55,106 nt of DNA from positions 1 through 55,106 of the forward strand of contig CBDVBE010000001.1 of the NCBI GenBank assembly GCA_965372145.1, given 5' to 3'. A model generated the notes under the pieces. It was given only the letters and a program-made list of their open reading frames with translations. It was not told where the DNA came from and did not search any database. The position numbers were made by a program, and so were the translations under genes. This DNA comes from an uncultured bacterium. GTDB taxonomy: Bacteria; Fibrobacterota; Chitinivibrionia; Chitinivibrionales; JANQEN01. Shown piece by piece: positions 19,039-26,951 of the stretch. Numbering within the stretch: position 1 is the first letter of the stretch; each line of letters begins with the position of its first letter.

Positions 19039-20082
19039 ATGACTAATCACTTTTTAAAGGTTCTTACCTCCGACCGGTTGTTTACCGCAGCTCATTTTAA
19101 AAATATTGATTGGCAGAAGCGGTGTAAACAGTTACGTGATGACGGTATCGCGTCTCTTTTTTATCCGAAAATTGAAAGTGTTAAAAATAATCTCCCTCCG
19201 GATATAGTACAGTTTTTCCGTACCTGCTATGAAAACGCTATAATTTTTAAAGATTTTACTGTCCAAATATTAAAAGATATCCAGCCTGCATTAAGTTCAA
19301 CCGGAACAATTGTTCTCACGCAGGGATTGGCACTCAGCGAAACCGTATATCCTGAGCCGATGTGCCGTGCCATGGGTGATGTTGATCTTTTCCTTCCTGA
19401 CGGAAATATGCGGAGGATTCGTGATATTTTTCTGGACTATGGATTTACACCGTATCGGGATTATGAGAATGTACTGGAATATAACCGGATAATGGTTGAC
19501 CTGCATGAAGGGTTGTGGGGTACTGACCGTTTTCCTCAGCGGGAGTATTTGATTCCCAGAAAGAATGTCGAATGGCAGCCGAGTAAACTCATCCCGGGTT
19601 TTTTCGTGCTGAGTCCTGAGTATTTAGCCCTGCACTGTGCGTTTCACGGGGTAAAACACGGATTCAATAAAGGGATTTGGGATTGTGATTTAGTGCGGTT
19701 GTATAACACCGGATACTTGACACCTGATGTGAAAAACCGGCAGGAATATATGATAAAGTTCATGGCCTTTGAACATCTGCGTCAAAAAAAAATATTACCG
19801 GCACAATTGACTGAGAAGAGAAAGGCATATTTATCTCCATTTACGGGGATTGCAGTCCGTGCTCTGGTTCAGCGGAGCAGCCGTCCCGGTTTTGGTCAGC
19901 TGCTGCTTGCATTTCTCTGCCCGACTTTCAAAACCGGGCTCGAATATCTTATCGCGATTGTGATCCCGCAAAAACGTATTTTGCAGCAGATGTATGGTAG
20001 ATCGATCTATCCGGTACTTGTAATGAAACGGGTATGGAATCTCATGAAATATGCGGGAATGGCAGTACTGAAATGGCGCTAA
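19039..20082 (+). CDS. uncharacterised nucleotidyltransferase-fold protein (NTP_transf_5-like)
   Basis: 347-aa ORF. MGDVDLFLP and MVDLHEGLWG carboxylate motifs are typical of the 'uncharacterised nucleotidyltransferase' family seen next to HprK-like kinases. Confidence 0.6.
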   Translation: MTNHFLKVLTSDRLFTAAHFKNIDWQKRCKQLRDDGIASLFYPKIESVKNNLPPDIVQFFRTCYENAIIFKDFTVQILKDIQPALSSTGTIVLTQGLALSETVYPEPMCRAMGDVDLFLPDGNMRRIRDIFLDYGFTPYRDYENVLEYNRIMVDLHEGLWGTDRFPQREYLIPRKNVEWQPSKLIPGFFVLSPEYLALHCAFHGVKHGFNKGIWDCDLVRLYNTGYLTPDVKNRQEYMIKFMAFEHLRQKKILPAQLTEKRKAYLSPFTGIAVRALVQRSSRPGFGQLLLAFLCPTFKTGLEYLIAIVIPQKRILQQMYGRSIYPVLVMKRVWNLMKYAGMAVLKWR

Positions 20083-20858
20083 TACTCTCTATCGGCGGTA
20101 TACCGGTCCAATTTGAAATCCGGTCAAAAGAGATGGTGTCCCGTATAACGAAGCGATATAAAGGATTCCTGCGAAAGCGGGTTACCCCGGTAGTAACCTT
20201 CCAGTGCAGCTTTGCAAAAAGGCAGGCTGTGGATACTGATGAGGTAGTTGTTACTCAGGAAGATAGTGCTACCTGGTGCATCCACCGGTCTGATTTTATC
20301 TGTACCTTTCGGGAGGCGTATGGTACGATAGAGATGCGCCGGTCTATATATTCGTTTGATGCATGTATTCGGGTTCTGTATGCCACACTTATCACACGAA
20401 ACCGCGGCTTGCTTCTCCATGCGTCCGGAGTTATGAAGAATAAAAAAGCCTATTGTTTTGCCGGGGTTTCGGGAAGCGGCAAGACAACCATTGCGCAGCT
20501 TTCAAAGGCGGTTGGTACGGTTATAAATGATGAAATAGTTGCAGTAAGGATCATGCCTGGAAATAAAGTCAGTATCTATGGGACTCCGTTCTGGGGTGAA
20601 ATGCGTACCGGCCCGGCACATAATAAAAAATGCCCATTACAAGCTATTTACTTTTTAAAAAAAGGTACAACATCATATCCGGTTGTACTTAATAAGGATG
20701 TCGCATTAGCAAAACTATTGCGCTGCTGCTGTATCTTCAGTAATGATTCCCATGATATGGACCGAATTATGAATCTGGGTATTGTTTTTGTAAAGGCTGT
20801 GCCGGTATTTGAATTACACTTTGAGAAAAGTGAGGCGTTCTGGGAAGTGATAGAATAA
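20073..20858 (+). CDS. HPr-kinase-related P-loop protein
   Basis: The ORF track opens at 20034. ATG 20073 gives a 10-nt overlap with the upstream gene. LLLHASGV...AYCFAGVSGSGKTTIAQL resembles the HprK C-terminal kinase core (H...G-x-SG-x-GK-S/T). Confidence 0.6.
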   Translation: MALILSIGGIPVQFEIRSKEMVSRITKRYKGFLRKRVTPVVTFQCSFAKRQAVDTDEVVVTQEDSATWCIHRSDFICTFREAYGTIEMRRSIYSFDACIRVLYATLITRNRGLLLHASGVMKNKKAYCFAGVSGSGKTTIAQLSKAVGTVINDEIVAVRIMPGNKVSIYGTPFWGEMRTGPAHNKKCPLQAIYFLKKGTTSYPVVLNKDVALAKLLRCCCIFSNDSHDMDRIMNLGIVFVKAVPVFELHFEKSEAFWEVIE

Positions 20859-20905
20859 GAAAACAGAAGTCTGAATAACGAATGACGAAGTCTGAATAAA
20901 GACAT

Positions 20906-21370
20906 ATGGAATCGATACATAAAAAAATGCTTCTTACAACCCTGGGAAAATGTAACACCTGTGACGTCACTGTCGGTGGCACCAGTATGTGGCCTTTTAT
21001 TCAGGATGGTGATGTGCTTTCGTTACGGCATAAGCCGTTTAAACCGCGGCTCGGTACTGTTGTCGGTTTTTTTAATGAAGATCAGCTTATTACGCACAGG
21101 ATCATCTGGTATAAAAGAAAAGGCCCACACCGGTGGGAGGTATATGTTCATGGTGATGCAAGTCCTTTTTCCCTGGCGAAAATTGATTCTGAAGAAATTG
21201 TTGGAACAGTCGAGTATGTAAAAAGGCGGAATAAAATAATAAAAAGCTGGTTTACCTATCCGCTTCAAATAGGTATCATACCAATCGGATTTTTACTGCA
21301 ATCTATAGTTGCATTAAAGATATATGCAAAGAGGAAAGAACAAAAAAGGAGAGTGAGGCAGGTAAAGTAA
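20906..21370 (+). CDS. S24/S26-family (signal-peptidase/LexA-like) serine peptidase with C-terminal TM helix
   Basis: 154-aa ORF. GGTSMWPFIQDGDVL matches the G-x-S-M-x-P nucleophile motif. A hydrophobic segment (IGIIPIGFLLQSIVAL) lies near the C-terminus. Confidence 0.55.
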   Translation: MESIHKKMLLTTLGKCNTCDVTVGGTSMWPFIQDGDVLSLRHKPFKPRLGTVVGFFNEDQLITHRIIWYKRKGPHRWEVYVHGDASPFSLAKIDSEEIVGTVEYVKRRNKIIKSWFTYPLQIGIIPIGFLLQSIVALKIYAKRKEQKRRVRQVK

Positions 21371-23220
21371 TGTGTGGTATTGTCGGCATGGTTGGCGGCG
21401 GCAGCAGGGAACTGCTGCAGAAGATGTGTGATTGCATTAGGCACCGGGGGCCGGATAGCGAAGGTGTTTACAGCAAGGATGAGATACATTTTGGTATGAG
21501 ACGTCTGGCAATTATTGACCTGTCCGGAGGCACACAGCCAATCTACAATGAAGATAGGACACTGGTCATTACCTTTAATGGAGAAATTTATAACTATCAG
21601 CCCCTGAAAAAAGACCTCGAAGAAAAGGGGCATACCTTTACAACAAATTCAGATACAGAAGTTATACTGCACCTCTATGAGGAAGAGGGCGAAAAGTGTC
21701 TTGAAAAATTAAACGGTATGTTTGGCCTTGCTATCTGGGATTTAAAGAAACGCGAATTGTTTCTGGCGCGGGACCGGCTGGGTATCAAACCGGTCTATAT
21801 ATTTGAGAAAGATGGATTTCTCGCGTGGGCCTCGGAGTTAAAGGCACTTACACTACTACCGCAGGTTTCAAAGGAATTGGATATTCAAGCACTGCAAACC
21901 TACCTGCACGTTCTCTATATTCCTGCACCGTATACAATTTATACCGGTTGTAAAAAATTGAGAGCAGGCTACTGGCTTAAATGGAAAGACGGCACGGTAA
22001 CGCAACAACGATACTGGCAGCCTTCAGGTGCGGTACTATCTGATATATCGGTACAGGATGCTGTGGAAGCAGTGCGGGAAAAACTTACCCAGGCGGTTAC
22101 GCGGAGATTGATAGCAGAGGTACCGCTTGGCGCCTTTTTAAGCGGCGGTCTTGATTCAGCATCCATTGTTGCTTTGATGAGCCGTGTGTCTGATAAGCCG
22201 GTCAAAACATTTACCATGGGATATGCAAAGGAATATGCATCCTATAATGAGTGGGACAAAGCGCGGCTGGTAGCGCAGACTTTCGGCACAGAACATCATG
22301 AATATGTTGTTGAACCTGATATCGTTGATCTGGTGCCGAAAATTGTCAATAGCTTTGACGAACCTTTTGCTGATTCATCGTCTATACCTACCTACCTCGT
22401 TAGTCGTGAGACTCGACAAGAGGTGACTGTCGCACTTTCCGGGATCGGAGGAGATGAGGCATTCGGCGGGTATCCCCGTTATCTTGGCGCGGCCATGTCC
22501 ATGGGTTACCAGGCATTGCCGATGATTGTGAGAAAGATGTTTGCTTCTTTGTCTCACTGTATACCACAGCGCCCGACAGCTACCAATTATGGCGGAAGGA
22601 TAAAACGATTTTTACAGGGAGGTGTAGCAGATCCCCTGTCGCGGTATTTACAGTGGATAAGTTATTGTGATGATGCGATGCAATCGGCACTGTTTCAAAA
22701 TCCTTTACAGGGACAACCATATACGTTACACCGGCAGGCATGGCAGCAATCGCCGTATAAGGATTATCTGCGCAGGATCCAGTATCTGGATACGAGTACC
22801 TATATCAGTGATGATCTTCTCTGTATGGGAGACCGCATGTCAATGGCGCATTCCCTGGAACTCAGGGTACCGTTCTGTGACCATGAACTGGTTGACTTTT
22901 CTCTTTCTCTGCCGCCAGAATTGAAAATGCAGGGTAACACACTTAAATTCCTGTTGAAAAAAGCTATGAAAGGTATATTGCCTGAACAATTACTCCATGC
23001 CCGAAAACAGGGATTTATGGTTCCCCTTGCAAGCTGGCTTGCAAAAGATTTACAAAAGTACAGCCTGGATATCTTAGAACCGGATAAAATTGACAAACAG
23101 GGAATATTCAGAGGAGAAACAATTCGGAAGCTGGTAACACAGCAGGCCCGGGGCGAGTATCATCTTACCCATCTGGTGTGGGCCCTGCTAATCTTTCAGG
23201 TGTGGAACGAAAACAGTTAA
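21370..23220 (+). CDS. asnB: asparagine synthase (glutamine-hydrolysing)
   Basis: 616-aa ORF. N-terminal MCGIVG (Ntn-glutaminase Cys), HRGPDSEG, and the PP-loop LSGGLDSASI. Its start overlaps the stop of the upstream gene. Confidence 0.9.
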   Translation: MCGIVGMVGGGSRELLQKMCDCIRHRGPDSEGVYSKDEIHFGMRRLAIIDLSGGTQPIYNEDRTLVITFNGEIYNYQPLKKDLEEKGHTFTTNSDTEVILHLYEEEGEKCLEKLNGMFGLAIWDLKKRELFLARDRLGIKPVYIFEKDGFLAWASELKALTLLPQVSKELDIQALQTYLHVLYIPAPYTIYTGCKKLRAGYWLKWKDGTVTQQRYWQPSGAVLSDISVQDAVEAVREKLTQAVTRRLIAEVPLGAFLSGGLDSASIVALMSRVSDKPVKTFTMGYAKEYASYNEWDKARLVAQTFGTEHHEYVVEPDIVDLVPKIVNSFDEPFADSSSIPTYLVSRETRQEVTVALSGIGGDEAFGGYPRYLGAAMSMGYQALPMIVRKMFASLSHCIPQRPTATNYGGRIKRFLQGGVADPLSRYLQWISYCDDAMQSALFQNPLQGQPYTLHRQAWQQSPYKDYLRRIQYLDTSTYISDDLLCMGDRMSMAHSLELRVPFCDHELVDFSLSLPPELKMQGNTLKFLLKKAMKGILPEQLLHARKQGFMVPLASWLAKDLQKYSLDILEPDKIDKQGIFRGETIRKLVTQQARGEYHLTHLVWALLIFQVWNENS

Positions 23221-24182
23221 GCCTTTTCGACAAACACTTTCCAGCCAAAATCACCGTCTGCTTCGATAGTATGTCTTTTCACTTTTTCAGATTTGTCAAT
23301 CCACGCGTGTAGATCTTCTTTGTTGTAAAAATTACTTATTGGAGCAGATAGCCGGTCGAACCAGTCTGTCTGGCATGTTCTGAATGAATGTTTTGCATAC
23401 TCTTTTATATGAGAAGGAGTAAGGGTATCAATGGGCGCAAAGCTTTTTATACATTTATATGGAGTGATAAGGAAAAAGTAATCGAGTATGCTACAGGTTG
23501 TTGCAAGAGCGTGAAGCAGGGAGTTCGGTAACTTTTTAGTAATAACACGAAAATATTCCAAAACGACTTTTCTGAGAGTCCTTTGATATACCCATACGAA
23601 GAGACATCCTCCGGGTTTTAATAGTTCAATTAAATGGTTAAAGCCCTTTTCAGGGTCAGGCAAATGCATTAAAACACCAAGGCTATAGATAAAATCAAAG
23701 GTGTTTATCGGGATGGGTATATGATAAATATCACATTGGATAATTATCAAGTTATCATTTGGATGATTGTGCGTATACGCCGCATCAACTGCATGCGAGA
23801 TATCTACACCAACCATTTCCGCTCCCAGATCCAGTGCTGTTTTCAAATGTCGCCCCGCTCCGCATCCGGCATCCAGTCCCCGTTTACCTTTGAAAAAGTC
23901 TTTACCAATATTTTCGGGGAGCCACCGGAAAAAATTGTCGACATTATAATCATGAAACGTTGTCCATTCATACCCGAACTTTTTTATAGTTTCCAGTTTG
24001 ACCGTTTCATCAATATCATCAATAAACCGGGGTATTCCTTCTTTTATCTGGATACCGTTATTGCATAAACATGATAGTATGCCCTCTTTTATTTCTCCAT
24101 TTTCTTCAGAGACAATATTAGATAGTTTATAGGTAGAGTTACAGGTGTTGCAAAAAAGTAGATCGGTATATTTGGCATGCAT
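23217..24182 (-). CDS. class I SAM-dependent methyltransferase with N-terminal Trm112-like zinc-ribbon
   Basis: 321-aa ORF. CNTCNS...CLCNNG pair and motif I GLDAGCGAGRH. Its stop overlaps the asnB stop by 4 bp in convergent orientation. Confidence 0.8.
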   Translation of the reverse strand: MHAKYTDLLFCNTCNSTYKLSNIVSEENGEIKEGILSCLCNNGIQIKEGIPRFIDDIDETVKLETIKKFGYEWTTFHDYNVDNFFRWLPENIGKDFFKGKRGLDAGCGAGRHLKTALDLGAEMVGVDISHAVDAAYTHNHPNDNLIIIQCDIYHIPIPINTFDFIYSLGVLMHLPDPEKGFNHLIELLKPGGCLFVWVYQRTLRKVVLEYFRVITKKLPNSLLHALATTCSILDYFFLITPYKCIKSFAPIDTLTPSHIKEYAKHSFRTCQTDWFDRLSAPISNFYNKEDLHAWIDKSEKVKRHTIEADGDFGWKVFVEKA

Positions 24183-24289
24183 TTCTGCTCCTTCCTGTCA
24201 ATAGCGTTTCCTTACAAATCAATCAGGTTACTGTTAATTATTTACTAATTTTTTTCTAAATTGAGCGGTTACTATTGACTTGTGATATC

Positions 24290-24452
24290 ATAACCTCACC
24301 CCCTGGCCCTATCAGAGAGGGGAGAATTATTGATAACCAAATGTGATTCATATAAACAAAATACCTGTTCGGTAAGATGGGATTTAAATTACTATTAGAA
24401 TATAACCACCTTATTTTACCCCTGATAGGAGAGGGGCAGGGGGTGAGGTTAT
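24290..24452. repeat. intergenic palindromic element
   Basis: Terminal inverted arms ATAACCTCACCCCCTGGCCCTATCAGAGAGGGGAG (24290-24324) and CCCCTGATAGGAGAGGGGCAGGGGGTGAGGTTAT (24419-24452). The outer 16 nt match perfectly, and each arm contains a CCCCT/AGGGG mini-hairpin. Confidence 0.75.
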
Positions 24453-24480
24453 AAAAATTAAAATCCATGCTAACAATCGC

Positions 24481-25668
24481 TCAATTTAGGTCTTTATAAC
24501 AATTCTCAACCTGTTCTGCAATGTGTTCCCATGAGAATTGCTGTGCAAAGTCTATACAGGTCTTTGAGTCTATTCTCTTATCCGGCTCCCGGTAAAATCC
24601 GAGAATTGTCTCGGCCATGTCGCCAGCCCCGCTTCCCGGGGTCAGCAGCCTTTCATCCAGTGCACGCAGTAATTCTACATTTGCGCCAACCGGTGTGGCC
24701 ACAACGGGGGTGCCACAGGCAAGAGACTCTACCGTTATCAGCCCGAATCCTTCAAGCTTTTGGGTCGGCACAACAAAAAGGTCTGCAGCCTTATAATACA
24801 AAGGAAGTTTTTCATCGGGTACTTTTCCTATTAGTGATACACTCGATTGAAGATTACTTGTGACAATTTTATTCTCTAAATCGTGTTGTAACGGACCTCT
24901 GCCTGCTATTATAAGATGGATACCCGGAATGCCCTTCTGTAATAAGGTTATGGTTTCCAGCAATTCAAAGAGGCCGGTACGATGTCTTAAACTACGGACA
25001 GTAAATAACAGAAAAGGATACTCAGTAAACCCCAGCATTTTCTTTGCCTGATTTTTAGATTCTGTCGGGGAAAAATGATCAATGTCTATACCACCGGGAA
25101 TTTTTATGCACCGTTCTTTCAAATGGTGGTATTGATCCACTTGCCCCATCGAATAGTTACTGAGGACAATGAATTTCCGGCAACGATTGACAACATATCG
25201 CTCAATGGCAAATCTGGTCCAATATCCCGGATTCAAACCAGGGTCTTCACCCTTCGCTTGATCCACCAGATATTCTGCGTGCCATGGGGAATAGTAATTG
25301 TAGAGCATGGGCTTGTTTCTCGGTGAACCCTGATACGTAAGGAAGCCGGAAAAGGGTTGATGAATATGACAAAGATCAAAATTTTCCCGTTTCCACAGAG
25401 CTTTAACCAGCGCCTTGCCCTGGAAAAAACACGAGAGGCCATTGAGCAATGAATTCTCTGGCGTTTTACCATAACGAAATACCTGTATGCCGTCTATAGT
25501 CTCCTTTGCAGGTAGATCCGGCCTGAACCGCCGTACTACCAATGAAATTCTGTTTCCCCTTTTGACCAGACATCTGGCAACTTCAAACAACCATCGACCG
25601 GCTCCGCCAAGGAAATCAGGTGCGAATTCCTCAGCGGCCATCAGTACATTAAAATTTTTTATTCTCAT
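24481..25668 (-). CDS. family 4 (GT-B) glycosyltransferase
   Basis: 395-aa ORF. EGFGLITVESLACGTPVVATPVGANVELL motif. Confidence 0.85.
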   Translation of the reverse strand: MRIKNFNVLMAAEEFAPDFLGGAGRWLFEVARCLVKRGNRISLVVRRFRPDLPAKETIDGIQVFRYGKTPENSLLNGLSCFFQGKALVKALWKRENFDLCHIHQPFSGFLTYQGSPRNKPMLYNYYSPWHAEYLVDQAKGEDPGLNPGYWTRFAIERYVVNRCRKFIVLSNYSMGQVDQYHHLKERCIKIPGGIDIDHFSPTESKNQAKKMLGFTEYPFLLFTVRSLRHRTGLFELLETITLLQKGIPGIHLIIAGRGPLQHDLENKIVTSNLQSSVSLIGKVPDEKLPLYYKAADLFVVPTQKLEGFGLITVESLACGTPVVATPVGANVELLRALDERLLTPGSGAGDMAETILGFYREPDKRIDSKTCIDFAQQFSWEHIAEQVENCYKDLN

Positions 25669-25957
25669 TTTTTTCCTTTACAACTGCTTAAGCATCATGA
25701 GCTCATATAGTTAATTATATTATATTGGAAAAAAATTTAAATAACAATCAGGTAATATTTTCTAAGGTACTTATCCCCCGCTTTGCGGGACTAAAGCCCC
25801 GTTAAACGGGATTAAAACAGTTTATCTGGGTTAGGTAATAAAAATCAGATGTTTTTTCCCGGATTAATTCGCATACATGGTATTCAACACAATTTTAATC
25901 TACAATATAGTCGATACTGTCAGTAATTAATGTAAAAAAACAGTAGAAAGCGGCTTT

Positions 25958-25973
25958 TGGCATATTTTTTGCA
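25958..25973 (+). promoter_or_regulatory. candidate sigma-54 (-24/-12) promoter
   Basis: TGGCATATTTTTTGCA has GG and GC in exactly the consensus spacing of TGGCAC-N5-TTGCW. It lies 139 nt upstream of the Wza-like gene that opens the export operon. Confidence 0.45.
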
Positions 25974-26111
25974 AACTTTAGAGTGGGAAATTATATCCCA
26001 TCATAATATAATTATGGATACTAAGGTAATTATCATAACTTACCGATACGTAAGTATATAGGACAATGTGGTAATAAAGTAATTAAACTGAATAGCTACT
26101 GGTAAATAATC

Positions 26112-26894
26112 ATGAAAAAAGTAATTGACTGTAGAGGTGTTTTGCTTTTTGTCCTACTTGTTGTAATTGTATTTACAAGCTGTGCAAAACGGCAGACACA
26201 ACCGGCGCCAACGAGCGACAAGGTAGAAGTTGACAAGGAAGAATTTCTCCAGTATCTTGACAAAGATTTAAAACCGCAGGGAGAGGAAGCTGATAAAGCC
26301 CTTTTCCAAACGGAGACTATCATGCCGGGAGATCGTATCTCATTATACATTTATGAGAAACTGCCGGTGAGTCAGGAAAAACGGGAGGAAATAAAGCGTG
26401 TGGATGAAGAGGGTAATATTTTTATTCTGCCGATTGGCGAAATGAAACTTTCCGGACTGCGTATTTCAGAAGCCGAACAATTGATAGAAGACAAGTTTTC
26501 CGATTTTGTTGTTTCGCCCCACTGTGAAGTACAAATTATTGAAAAACTGTATGAACCACGCATTTATGTTTTCGGTGAAGTAGAAAAATCCGGTTCAGCT
26601 GCATTCAAGCGGGGTGACAGGCTGCTTGATGCAATTTCCTCTGCACAGGGATGCAAAGATAATGCCTATAAACGATCAATCAAAGTAGTGCGTTTTGAAA
26701 ATAATAAAATCAGTATTTATACCATAAATCTCAAAGAGATCCTGGAAGGCGGGAATCTGTATAAGAATATTCCATTGCGGGATCGGGATGTTGTTTTTGT
26801 TCCGCGGAGATTCCTCACAGGATTTAAGGAAGTCTTCGGGGCACTCGCACAGGTAATGCCATGGTATGTACTCGTACGGACGATAATTCCGTAA
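26112..26894 (+). CDS. Wza-like polysaccharide export lipoprotein (Poly_export + SLBB)
   Basis: 260-aa ORF. Signal peptide with a lipobox-like VFTSC, then the PGDRISLYIYE and YVFGEVEKSG motifs. Confidence 0.8.
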   Translation: MKKVIDCRGVLLFVLLVVIVFTSCAKRQTQPAPTSDKVEVDKEEFLQYLDKDLKPQGEEADKALFQTETIMPGDRISLYIYEKLPVSQEKREEIKRVDEEGNIFILPIGEMKLSGLRISEAEQLIEDKFSDFVVSPHCEVQIIEKLYEPRIYVFGEVEKSGSAAFKRGDRLLDAISSAQGCKDNAYKRSIKVVRFENNKISIYTINLKEILEGGNLYKNIPLRDRDVVFVPRRFLTGFKEVFGALAQVMPWYVLVRTIIP

Positions 26895-26951
26895 CCCAGA
26901 TAAACTAAAAGTAATTGAACTGAAAAACCGGTAACAAAAAGGAAAATATCT

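Noticed and set aside
21370-23220. AsnB homolog as a lasso-peptide cyclase
   Set aside because: It keeps the N-terminal MCGIVG glutaminase nucleophile and has full-length AsnB architecture. Lasso cyclases normally lack these. No RRE, leader peptidase of the usual type, or precursor is adjacent. I kept only a parts-list analogy in the finding.
23217-23220. 4-bp convergent overlap of the asnB and methyltransferase stop codons as a regulatory feature
   Set aside because: This is a simple consequence of TTAA containing a stop on both strands. No hairpin or other signal is associated with it.
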